Part shown: positions 1-7,943 of the stretch, in pieces | How the letters are laid out: every line of letters starts with the position of its first letter | How positions within the stretch are numbered: position 1 is the stretch's first letter | From: Promethearchaeota archaeon | Lineage (GTDB): Archaea > Asgardarchaeota > Lokiarchaeia > Sigyniarchaeales > SOKP01 | Direction: 5' to 3' | DNA length: 22,611 nucleotides | NCBI GenBank assembly: GCA_048939015.1 | Contig: JBHLPW010000070.1 | Coordinates: 1-22,611 of the forward strand | The notes under the pieces: generated by a model | What the model saw: only the letters and a program-made list of their open reading frames with translations | What the model was told of the DNA's origin: nothing | Database searches by the model: none | Made by a program: the position numbers and the translations under genes

Positions 1-65
1 GGAGGAATTATTGTCCTAATTGCAGTTCTTATCATAAATTATAAATAAAAAAAAAACAAATTAGA

Positions 66-824
66 TTAATCTAATTTTAAAAGTTTTCTTGTCCATTTTG
101 GTAAAATAAACCCGATATAATAAAATGTACTTGAAATCATCATAAAAGTTCTAAAAATTACTAAAGTTAAAGGCGTTAAGGGAAAAAATCCATCCCCAAT
201 TCCTCCTAGTGCAAATAAATTAAATGATATTAGTAAGAATCGACCTTTCCATTGAATGTCAGGTTTTTCTTTTTCTTTAAGAGAAGCAATTGCAAAATCA
301 TTCCCAGTAATTGTACTTACGACTAAAGAGAAAGCAAGAAGACCCATAACAAAACCTTTATAATCGATATCAATAACACTCTCTTTTATTCCAATTAGCT
401 CTTCTACTGGTGCTCCTGAAGCGAAGAATAGGAAATAGAACAAGTAAATATAAAAAGCTATTGCAATACATATTACAATTCCAATCATTAGTGTTTTATA
501 ATTTGGATGTAGTGCTGGCATATATATTAGCAACCATGAAATCAAAGCGAGTGGAACAGTAACTGTCCCTAATAAGACATAACCAGGATATGGAATCTCT
601 GCTCTAGTAATTAACCAATAAATATAACCTAAACCAGAAGAATACCAAGGAGACATAGTGAAGATAACTGCAAGAAAGAAATAAAATAATACCTTTTCCT
701 TTGTTTTTATGTATTTATAGAGCACAATTCCACCATATAACCATGCTATAGCAACTGCTAAAAATGCTAAAATTCCAGATAACTGATATAAATCTTCTAA
801 TTCAACAAAAAGCATAATTTTCAC
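66..824 (-). CDS. Stand-alone 7-transmembrane protein (HisKA_7TM/MASE-like topology), function unknown
   Basis: 252 aa ORF with seven hydrophobic segments, a long loop between TM4 and TM5 and no cytoplasmic domain. Start is GTG 824 or ATG 815. Confidence 0.7.
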   Translation of the reverse strand: MKIMLFVELEDLYQLSGILAFLAVAIAWLYGGIVLYKYIKTKEKVLFYFFLAVIFTMSPWYSSGLGYIYWLITRAEIPYPGYVLLGTVTVPLALISWLLIYMPALHPNYKTLMIGIVICIAIAFYIYLFYFLFFASGAPVEELIGIKESVIDIDYKGFVMGLLAFSLVVSTITGNDFAIASLKEKEKPDIQWKGRFLLISFNLFALGGIGDGFFPLTPLTLVIFRTFMMISSTFYYIGFILPKWTRKLLKLD

Positions 825-1040
825 AAATAGAATTTGAGATTTTTTTTTATTAATAATCTATTAATGTTTGAATATTTAATCTTTAGCTGTGAGTAATTTT
901 TGCAATAATTAAGTACAAGTTGCTAATAATATTTATATTAATTTTTTAATAATTTTACAAAAAAAAAATATATACTAGAGCCCTATACTAGATTTAAAAA
1001 AATACTTGAAAATTAATTAAATATTATAGGTGGAAATTAA

Positions 1041-1529
1041 TTGCCTAGGCGTTATTATGCTAAATCAAAAAAAACATATGCAAAAGACCAATCTTTCGAA
1101 CAAGACCAAGTAGGTGAAGAAAAAGAACGTTATTTAATCAGTGTAGAATTGATGAGCTTAAAGACATTAAAAGATTATGATATTTTCGGGTGGCGGGGTG
1201 AATTTTACTTTAAAGTGGATGGCGAAAAAACCTTTAAGGCAAGATGGCCAAATAAAGGGACGATCAAATTACAAAGAAATCAGGAATTTACTTCAAAAGC
1301 CGATATGTCCTTGTGGAGTCAATTTAAAACTGTAAGAGTCGATGAATCCGCAATAGCGAAAGTTAAAGTTATACTAAGAGAAAAAGATCATTTGAAAAGG
1401 AATGAGACAATTGCGGAACAAGAATTTGAAATTAAACTGCCATCAAAAACGCAATATGTTGTTTTACAGGATAGCAAAGAGAATACTAAAGCAAAACTTC
1501 GAATACAAGCTACAAGAACAAGATATTAG
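1041..1529 (+). CDS. Hypothetical protein with C2-domain-like beta-sandwich
   Basis: TTG start preceded by GGTGG. LKDYDIFGWRGEFYFKV and VKVILREKDHLKRNETIAE resemble C2 loops CBR1 and CBR3. Confidence 0.5.
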   Translation: MPRRYYAKSKKTYAKDQSFEQDQVGEEKERYLISVELMSLKTLKDYDIFGWRGEFYFKVDGEKTFKARWPNKGTIKLQRNQEFTSKADMSLWSQFKTVRVDESAIAKVKVILREKDHLKRNETIAEQEFEIKLPSKTQYVVLQDSKENTKAKLRIQATRTRY

Positions 1530-1563
1530 ACTTATAAATTTTTTTTTACTCTTTTTTTGTTTT

Positions 1564-2715
1564 TTATTGTAGGACAAACTTTTCATAATCAGAACTACAA
1601 GGATGGTTATCAGTAACCCAAAACTCCTTTTTACTTGGAAAAACAATTATTGATCCCAAGGTTCCTGCTGCGGGACCATGTGTACATACGGAGAAATCAT
1701 TTTTTTCTCCGTTTTCATGATCGCTTAATATATTTTTAATGGTTTCCATATCAATTTTCCCTTTGAAGGTCTCTAATAATTTAATTTCTCTCTGATAACG
1801 CCTTATTGGAGATTCAATGGGATTTATATCCATATCATCCATCTTAAATCGTACATAGTCAGGTAAATTAGCATCCTTTAGTTCTTCAGTTTGATAATGG
1901 TTTGTATGAGCTAAGATCCCATCAGCAGGTCTCCGAATTGCGTGTCGAGTGCTTGTAGTTTCAATAACGCACGTATCTCCTGAAGAATCCATGAATCCAT
2001 AATGGCATCCATTTGAACGGTTTGGAAAGTTAGTAATAAATTTAATAGCTTCTTGAGTAGTTGCACAAGTTTCAAGCATTTCCTGTACTAAAAATGTACC
2101 TGGAACGCCCTTCAATCTAAAATCGAGAGGTTCTTTTTTCCAAGAACGACCATAGTTATAACCAATAGCTAAACCTTTTTCATTTAACCCCATATGACAA
2201 CCTGATAAAGGATATTGGGTATAATTAACATTTTTAAATCCCTCTTCTGGAATTTCTTCTCGAACTATTTGAAATGGTTGTAAAACATTAGGAAAATCAT
2301 AATTACGCCCAAAAATCATTAGGTTATCTAAAGTAGCTTCATGAAGGGCAAATATCATAGAACAAGCCGGAATTGGAGGATTTTTATAAAGAGAATTTGG
2401 ATCACCTGACATGACTTCGATAAAATGTGCTCCGTGAAGTATATACTTTTTAACTAAAGCTCCTTTTCCTATTGATATCATTTTCTCATATTGATTAGGC
2501 ACAAAACTTTGTAAGTATTTTTTTATATTCTTTTTACCCATAATCCCTAATCCAAGTTTAATAACTGAAAGAGGAATTAATTTAGAGGTAACTTCTGAAA
2601 ACATTTTTGAATGGAAAACTACATCAAACATATTACGAATTTTAGCTTTAAGTTGCTCTCCCTGTTGGAATCCACGTTCAGAAGGATTTCCCTCTAATCT
2701 AATAAAGTCTACCAT
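1564..2715 (-). CDS. C45 family autoproteolytic acyltransferase/hydrolase (Ntn hydrolase)
   Basis: G..SERGFQQG N-terminus, A-CS autocleavage nucleophile, GRNYDF, GLNEKGLAIG, HTNHY, S..RY motifs. Confidence 0.9.
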   Translation of the reverse strand: MVDFIRLEGNPSERGFQQGEQLKAKIRNMFDVVFHSKMFSEVTSKLIPLSVIKLGLGIMGKKNIKKYLQSFVPNQYEKMISIGKGALVKKYILHGAHFIEVMSGDPNSLYKNPPIPACSMIFALHEATLDNLMIFGRNYDFPNVLQPFQIVREEIPEEGFKNVNYTQYPLSGCHMGLNEKGLAIGYNYGRSWKKEPLDFRLKGVPGTFLVQEMLETCATTQEAIKFITNFPNRSNGCHYGFMDSSGDTCVIETTSTRHAIRRPADGILAHTNHYQTEELKDANLPDYVRFKMDDMDINPIESPIRRYQREIKLLETFKGKIDMETIKNILSDHENGEKNDFSVCTHGPAAGTLGSIIVFPSKKEFWVTDNHPCSSDYEKFVLQ

Positions 2716-2795
2716 AATGAACCTAAATTATTAAAATTAAAAAAATAATTTCATTTTATTATTGTAATTTTCAAACTTGTTATATATAGAATATT

Positions 2796-3407
2796 ATGGC
2801 CAAAAAATCTCCAATATATATTGAAATTGCTAATAGAAAAGATGTTGAAGGAATTATAAATGTATTAAAACAAAATTTAATTGAAATAAGAGACATTGAA
2901 GAAATTTCAAAAGAAAAAAGAAAAAAGTTAGAACAAGAAGGTTTTTTGCGAAGAGAAGTCGATATTGAATACTATATCAAGCTTATTGATGATCCTAATG
3001 CAGACATTTATGTTGCAAAAAATGATAATGAAGAAATCATCGGATTTGCTAGCATACATAGAAAAAAATATGATATCCTAAAAGTGCGTGATGTTATTGG
3101 AGCTCTTTCTTTCGAAAATGAAAAAACTAAGAATTTACTTCTGAATGAAGATACAGAATTCACCTATTTGGATCAAATCAGCATTCTTCCAGAATATAAA
3201 CGATGGGGAGTAGGTACTGCTATTTTTCAAAAGTCTCTAAAAATAATAAATACTCCTATTGTTGCTTTTATTGTAGAAGAACCAATATTCAATAAAGCAT
3301 CATTTTATTGGCATATACGTAATGGCTTTGAATTCTCAGCTGTAAGTATCGGAGAATATAAAGGTAAAGTATTTAAATTCCAGATTTTTGTACATTGGAA
3401 TGATTAA
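2796..3407 (+). CDS. GNAT family N-acetyltransferase
   Basis: IIGFA strand, YLDQISILPEYKRWGVGT acetyl-CoA-binding motif A, N.AS..WH.RNGF motif B. Confidence 0.88.
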   Translation: MAKKSPIYIEIANRKDVEGIINVLKQNLIEIRDIEEISKEKRKKLEQEGFLRREVDIEYYIKLIDDPNADIYVAKNDNEEIIGFASIHRKKYDILKVRDVIGALSFENEKTKNLLLNEDTEFTYLDQISILPEYKRWGVGTAIFQKSLKIINTPIVAFIVEEPIFNKASFYWHIRNGFEFSAVSIGEYKGKVFKFQIFVHWND

Positions 3408-3422
3408 TTTAATAATATCATA

Positions 3423-3430
3423 TTTATATA
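3423..3430 (+). promoter_or_regulatory. Candidate TATA box for the CaCA antiporter gene
   Basis: TTTATATA about 45 bp upstream of ATG 3476. AT-rich background limits certainty. Confidence 0.3.
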
Positions 3431-3475
3431 AAGTTATTCTTTAAAGACATTTAAGCTTGGTAAAAACGATTCAGG

Positions 3476-4447
3476 ATGTTGCCAATTGTTATATTAATTA
3501 TTTTATTCATCATAGGTTTTCTAGTGATTTATTTTGCCGCAGATGTATTTTTAGATAATATAAAAGCATTGAGTATTCTTTACGGAATATCTCCTTTTGT
3601 TATTGGAGCATTACTCATTGGAATCGATCCAGAAGAATCAATTGCCTCAATCATAGCGGCTATTAATGGACTTTCTAAAGTCGCTATAGGAAATGTCATT
3701 GGGAATTCTATAATTGCATTAACGATAAGTTTTGCGATTCCTACTTTTTTCTATAGAATTGATTTTAAATCAATTCCTCAATTTTATTTTATATTATTAT
3801 ACCTTTGCCTTTTCTTAGTTATTCTCGAAATGGCACTTAATCTCGGATCGTTTTTTGGAATTCTAGCTATATTCATATATTTTCTATATTTGATTAGAAA
3901 TATAAAGAAATCTTTCAAAGAAACTTTTGATAAAGTAGATGTAAAAGAAAAGATCAGTAAGGAAGATTATCAAAAAATAAAAGAACTAGAAATAGATTCT
4001 AAATTCAAAAAAATTATTTTAATAATTGTTAGCTTTGTATGCCTATTTTTAGGGGGAGAACTTTTAATATATGCTTCTGAAAATATAATAATTCAGACCA
4101 ATATCCCCGAAACTTTCTTTGGCCTTGTTATAATCGCATTTATAACTAATGTTGAGGAATTAACATTAGTTATAAAATCAATAAAAAAGAAGTCTGTTGA
4201 AATAGGATTGGGAGGGATGATTGGAAAAGTTATATGGAATTTATCTCTTACTTTTGGAATTAGTTCTATTTTTATAACCACTCTCCAATTTTCATGGATA
4301 TTATTTTGGAGTTGGATCTTATTATCAATAATACTTGTGTATTTCAATTATTCTTCGAAAACACAAAAATTAGAGAAGCGAGATGGAATAATATTAATAT
4401 TACTTCTTCTATGTTTTCTAATAATTAATTTCACAATAGTAGTATAA
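3476..4447 (+). CDS. Cation:calcium antiporter (CaCA/YrbG-like) family protein
   Basis: Two 5-TM repeats joined by a charged loop. Alpha repeats GIDPEES..AIGNVIGNS and ITNVEEL..GLGGMIG; GISPFVIG and IPETFFG motifs. Confidence 0.85.
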   Translation: MLPIVILIILFIIGFLVIYFAADVFLDNIKALSILYGISPFVIGALLIGIDPEESIASIIAAINGLSKVAIGNVIGNSIIALTISFAIPTFFYRIDFKSIPQFYFILLYLCLFLVILEMALNLGSFFGILAIFIYFLYLIRNIKKSFKETFDKVDVKEKISKEDYQKIKELEIDSKFKKIILIIVSFVCLFLGGELLIYASENIIIQTNIPETFFGLVIIAFITNVEELTLVIKSIKKKSVEIGLGGMIGKVIWNLSLTFGISSIFITTLQFSWILFWSWILLSIILVYFNYSSKTQKLEKRDGIILILLLLCFLIINFTIVV

Positions 4448-4496
4448 TTTAAATTACAAAAAAATAGACAAAAAATTTATAAAAATCTTTTTAATT

Positions 4497-5198
4497 TTAT
4501 GGAGTTTCTTCCATTTCTGGTACTTCTTTAAGAGATTCAATGATATTTATAATATCTTCTGCTAGTTCATAACGTTCGGCTCTATATTTCTCACGATTCA
4601 ATCTTTTTTCGACACGTAAAGGCGATCCAACCTTTACTTTTACGCCATCTCCAGTAAACATGTTTAAAATTTTAGTTTTATAAGTTGAGATGGCTATTGG
4701 GATAATTGGAGCATCCCCTGCAATTGCGAATTTTATTATCGCAGCCATTGATTTCACCTGAACTTCCCGATCATGTTTAGCTTCCGGAGTCATACCTACG
4801 AGATCGCCTTTCTCGTTTAGTATCTCAAAAACTTTTTCTATAGGTTCAGTATCTTCTTTATTTTCAGTTCCTCTAATCATTCCAAGACTTTTTAGAATTG
4901 GGCCCATAATTTGATGCTTCATTAATTTCGGGTCAAGCATGAAATGAATTTTTCTTCCAGATACTTGAGCTATGATTAACATGTCTCTAATGATATTTGG
5001 GGTTATTGTTGTTAAAATCGCTTTTCCTCGAAAGGGAATATTATCTTGCCCTTCGATATGTAAATCCATGAAAGCTTTAAAGAATAAACCACTGAGCCCT
5101 TTTACGGCACCATAAAGCATATCAAAAGCTATCAACTTTGGATTTAATTTATCTCCTTCGTCCTTTATTTCCGGACTTGTACTTTCACTTTCACTCAT
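4497..5198 (-). CDS. PlsC/lysophospholipid acyltransferase-fold protein with degenerate catalytic motif
   Basis: IEGQDNIP..G.AIL, LKSLGMI, GDLVGMTPE, APIIPIAI, VKVKVGSPL. Motif I NHxSxxD is replaced by TITPNIIRD. Confidence 0.8.
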   Translation of the reverse strand: MSESESTSPEIKDEGDKLNPKLIAFDMLYGAVKGLSGLFFKAFMDLHIEGQDNIPFRGKAILTTITPNIIRDMLIIAQVSGRKIHFMLDPKLMKHQIMGPILKSLGMIRGTENKEDTEPIEKVFEILNEKGDLVGMTPEAKHDREVQVKSMAAIIKFAIAGDAPIIPIAISTYKTKILNMFTGDGVKVKVGSPLRVEKRLNREKYRAERYELAEDIINIIESLKEVPEMEETP

Positions 5199-5214
5199 AT
5201 TTTCTTACCTTTAA

Positions 5215-5409
5215 TTATAGTTTATCAATAAAATCATTAACTTCTTCCATTTTTTTTTCATAATACTCTTTCAAATCTTTTTCTGAAACAAAAGTAGGTA
5301 TTACTTTTTCAGTATAAAGATCGAAAATCGTACTTAACTTAGTTTTATGCTTAAGGGTTTCTAGGAATTCTTCTCCTAGTTCCATTAAATTTTTGAAAAA
5401 ATCTGACAT
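5215..5409 (-). CDS. Small acidic helical protein (64 aa) within the activase operon
   Basis: ATG 5409 is preceded by GGAGGTG inside the end of the upstream gene. Tightly packed (4 bp and 16 bp gaps). The track start at 5436 overlaps the activase. Confidence 0.7.
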   Translation of the reverse strand: MSDFFKNLMELGEEFLETLKHKTKLSTIFDLYTEKVIPTFVSEKDLKEYYEKKMEEVNDFIDKL

Positions 5410-5413
5410 ACGA

Positions 5414-6436
5414 TTAAAACACCTCCCATTTTCCACATCTACTTCCCCAACGAGCTATTACCTTGTTCTCGTCTTGAGGCATTTTAACTTGAACAATTTC
5501 ACAATTATTTGGACAATCTCCGCAATGAAATGTTGAGGTTTTGAATTCAATATCACTTACATCAAGACCTCTGAATACAGTTTCTGTTGGGTTGTCTAAA
5601 TAATAATCCCTTACAAGGATTGCCATTCCTAAAGCACCCATTAATACATTATATTTAGGTACTATTACTTCACAACCCAAGTGTCTTTCAAAAGCTTGAA
5701 TAATTCCTTTATTGTAGGAAACTCCGCCTTGAAATACTATTGGTTCGTTTAATTCCTTTCCTTTTGACAAATTATTCATATAATTCCTTACTAAAGAATC
5801 ACACAAACCAGCAATAATATCTTCTCTCGAATATCCCGCATTCTGTTTGTGAATCATATCCGATTCCGCAAATACTGTACATCTTCCTGCAATACTCACA
5901 GGATTTTTTGATCGTACAGCGTAATCTCCAAACTGTTCAATTGGAATTCCAAGTCTAGATGCTTGATGATCAAGAAAAGACCCAGTACCTGCAGCACATA
6001 CGGAATTCATAGCAAAGTCAACAATAATACCATCCCGCAAAATGATAATTTTAGAATCTTGTCCACCAATCTCTAAAATAGTACTAACGTCAGGATACAG
6101 AGATTGTGTAGCAACCGCATGTGCTATTATTTCTGTTTTCGCGAGATCTCCTCCAACAATTGCCTTTGTTAAATACCTTGCTGAGCCAGTAGTTCCACAA
6201 CAACGTATTTGATATTCTTGAAGTTGCTCACTTTGTTCAACTTTTTTTCTTAAGTCTTCCATACCTGCTTTAGCAGACTCAATAGGAGATCCGCGATTGC
6301 GTAAGAATACACTCGTAAGAACATTACCCTCTATATCCATTAAAACGAATTTACAGGTAACACTACCAATATCAATACCAAGAAAAGCATCAAGCTTTCC
6401 GTCTTCCTTTGCTACTTTATCAGATACTTGTACTAT
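5414..6436 (-). CDS. ATP-dependent acyl-CoA dehydratase/reductase activase (BadF/BadG/BcrA/BcrD family) with C-terminal Cys cluster
   Basis: The in-frame region upstream of ATG 6340 encodes FLGIDIGSVTCK (phosphate-1). Also TGSARY, EIIAHA, EIGGQDSK, CAAGTGSFL, GRCTVFAESD, FQGGV, CGDCPNNC..RC. Start inferred at ATA 6436, 6 nt after GGTGA. Confidence 0.88.
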   Translation of the reverse strand: MVQVSDKVAKEDGKLDAFLGIDIGSVTCKFVLMDIEGNVLTSVFLRNRGSPIESAKAGMEDLRKKVEQSEQLQEYQIRCCGTTGSARYLTKAIVGGDLAKTEIIAHAVATQSLYPDVSTILEIGGQDSKIIILRDGIIVDFAMNSVCAAGTGSFLDHQASRLGIPIEQFGDYAVRSKNPVSIAGRCTVFAESDMIHKQNAGYSREDIIAGLCDSLVRNYMNNLSKGKELNEPIVFQGGVSYNKGIIQAFERHLGCEVIVPKYNVLMGALGMAILVRDYYLDNPTETVFRGLDVSDIEFKTSTFHCGDCPNNCEIVQVKMPQDENKVIARWGSRCGKWEVF

Positions 6437-6451
6437 TTTTATTCACCATAC

Positions 6452-7642
6452 TTATGTTTGAATTAATTGAACACATTCTTGAAAAAAATGGGATCCATTA
6501 GAACTATAAAAATTATCTTTCTCAGCTTTAAGTGAGGTTCCTTCATTTTCTAATTTATATTTACGTCTTGATTCCATTAGATCAGCAAAAGCTTCTAATC
6601 TTGTTCTCATGCCTTCAGTTCCAGAATGTTCATCAAAGGAAAAATAAATAACAGGTAAATCGAATTGTTTCTTTAATTTATTTGTAATAATAGTTCGTGC
6701 CACAACCTCAGGCATGCAAGTGAATGGATATTCATGTACAAAACCATCGAATCTTGAATTTGCAGCATGAATATAACTTCCTATAACCCAAATTGCTTCC
6801 CCTCCAATATCCATAGGGATATAAGGTTTTGCCAAATGCTCCAACCATTTTCTATGGTAATTCAAATGAAATTTATGTACGACCCAATCATATAAACTTA
6901 GAAATTGGTGAACTTCTATGCCCATGTCCCCAAGTTTTCGTCGAATATCTACATTAACATAGGGCTCTAAACTTATATGAATTTCTCCGGTTAACATAAC
7001 TTTCAGGGGATTTCGTGTATTATCAACATCAATTTTATTAAAATCTTTCTTAATTACATCCTTAAAATTTCGTAATTCCTTAAGAGTATTAGCTTGGTCA
7101 AGCTTATTTAATACATTATTTAAAACATCAGTAGTGTCTCCTTGGTTTCGTTCATATGCACGGAATAAACCTTCAGCAGTTTGAATATCGTTTAATAACT
7201 TAGCTTTCTTTAAGAAAAAAATAATTGCTTTTACATATCTAGGATAATCGAAAAGGCTACTTTTACCACTAACTTCCTGAAGAGTCTTTACCCAATGAAA
7301 TTCAAGTAAATCTGCTTGATCTAATGGAATGACTCTCACATCTTTATACCCCATATCATGTAAAAGGCGTTCCTGAACTGCATGATAAAAACCAAAACGA
7401 CAAGGTCCACAATCTATAGCCATTACTAAAGTATCAGCACCTTTTTTAATAGCACTTGCAAAATCTCCTAATGTTGCTTTAAATGGAAAGCATACAAATT
7501 CGGGACTGTATTTTACTCCGATTTTAATGGCTTCTCGATTAGTTGGGTCAGGTAATACCACTTTGATTGAAGGATCTAACTGTTCAAAAAGTGTCTTGAA
7601 CGCTACCCAATTTGGACCCATGTTAGGAAATGAAAGAATCAT
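6452..7642 (-). CDS. 2-hydroxyacyl-CoA dehydratase/DUF2229-like Fe-S reductase subunit (PlsR/Ger reduction-domain-like)
   Basis: SFPNMG, SPEFVCFPFK, CGPCRFGFY, GEIH...EPYVN, PFTCMPE, FDEHSGTEGMRTRLEAF. GGAG RBS upstream. Confidence 0.85.
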   Translation of the reverse strand: MILSFPNMGPNWVAFKTLFEQLDPSIKVVLPDPTNREAIKIGVKYSPEFVCFPFKATLGDFASAIKKGADTLVMAIDCGPCRFGFYHAVQERLLHDMGYKDVRVIPLDQADLLEFHWVKTLQEVSGKSSLFDYPRYVKAIIFFLKKAKLLNDIQTAEGLFRAYERNQGDTTDVLNNVLNKLDQANTLKELRNFKDVIKKDFNKIDVDNTRNPLKVMLTGEIHISLEPYVNVDIRRKLGDMGIEVHQFLSLYDWVVHKFHLNYHRKWLEHLAKPYIPMDIGGEAIWVIGSYIHAANSRFDGFVHEYPFTCMPEVVARTIITNKLKKQFDLPVIYFSFDEHSGTEGMRTRLEAFADLMESRRKYKLENEGTSLKAEKDNFYSSNGSHFFQECVQLIQT

Positions 7643-7943
7643 ATATCTTAGAACTCCTTAAATCTTCACTTATTTTATAGCCACTTTAATGAATGATTCT
7701 GATTGACATTTATTTGAATAAACTTTTGTTTAAATAAAAAAGCAAAAAATAAAAAATTACCCATTATAAACAAATTATCAAAAGTATGAATTCTATTATT
7801 AAAAATCTTAGATTTAGTTAATAATTTTTAGCCTTCTACGTATTTGATAACTTATCATAAGGAAAATTTAAAAAGAAACAGATAAAAATATTCTCTATAT
7901 CCGTTAAAGAATTTCTTTAAAGTTAAAAAAAGGGAGAAAAAAT

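Noticed and set aside
66-824. 7TM protein as a rhodopsin (helio- or schizorhodopsin)
   Set aside because: No Lys in TM7 and no helix-C retinal-pocket motif.
1464-1646. 60-aa minus-strand ORF
   Set aside because: Overlaps two better-supported convergent genes and runs through their T/A terminator tracts.
4093-4347. 84-aa antisense ORF
   Set aside because: Shadow of the CaCA antiporter.
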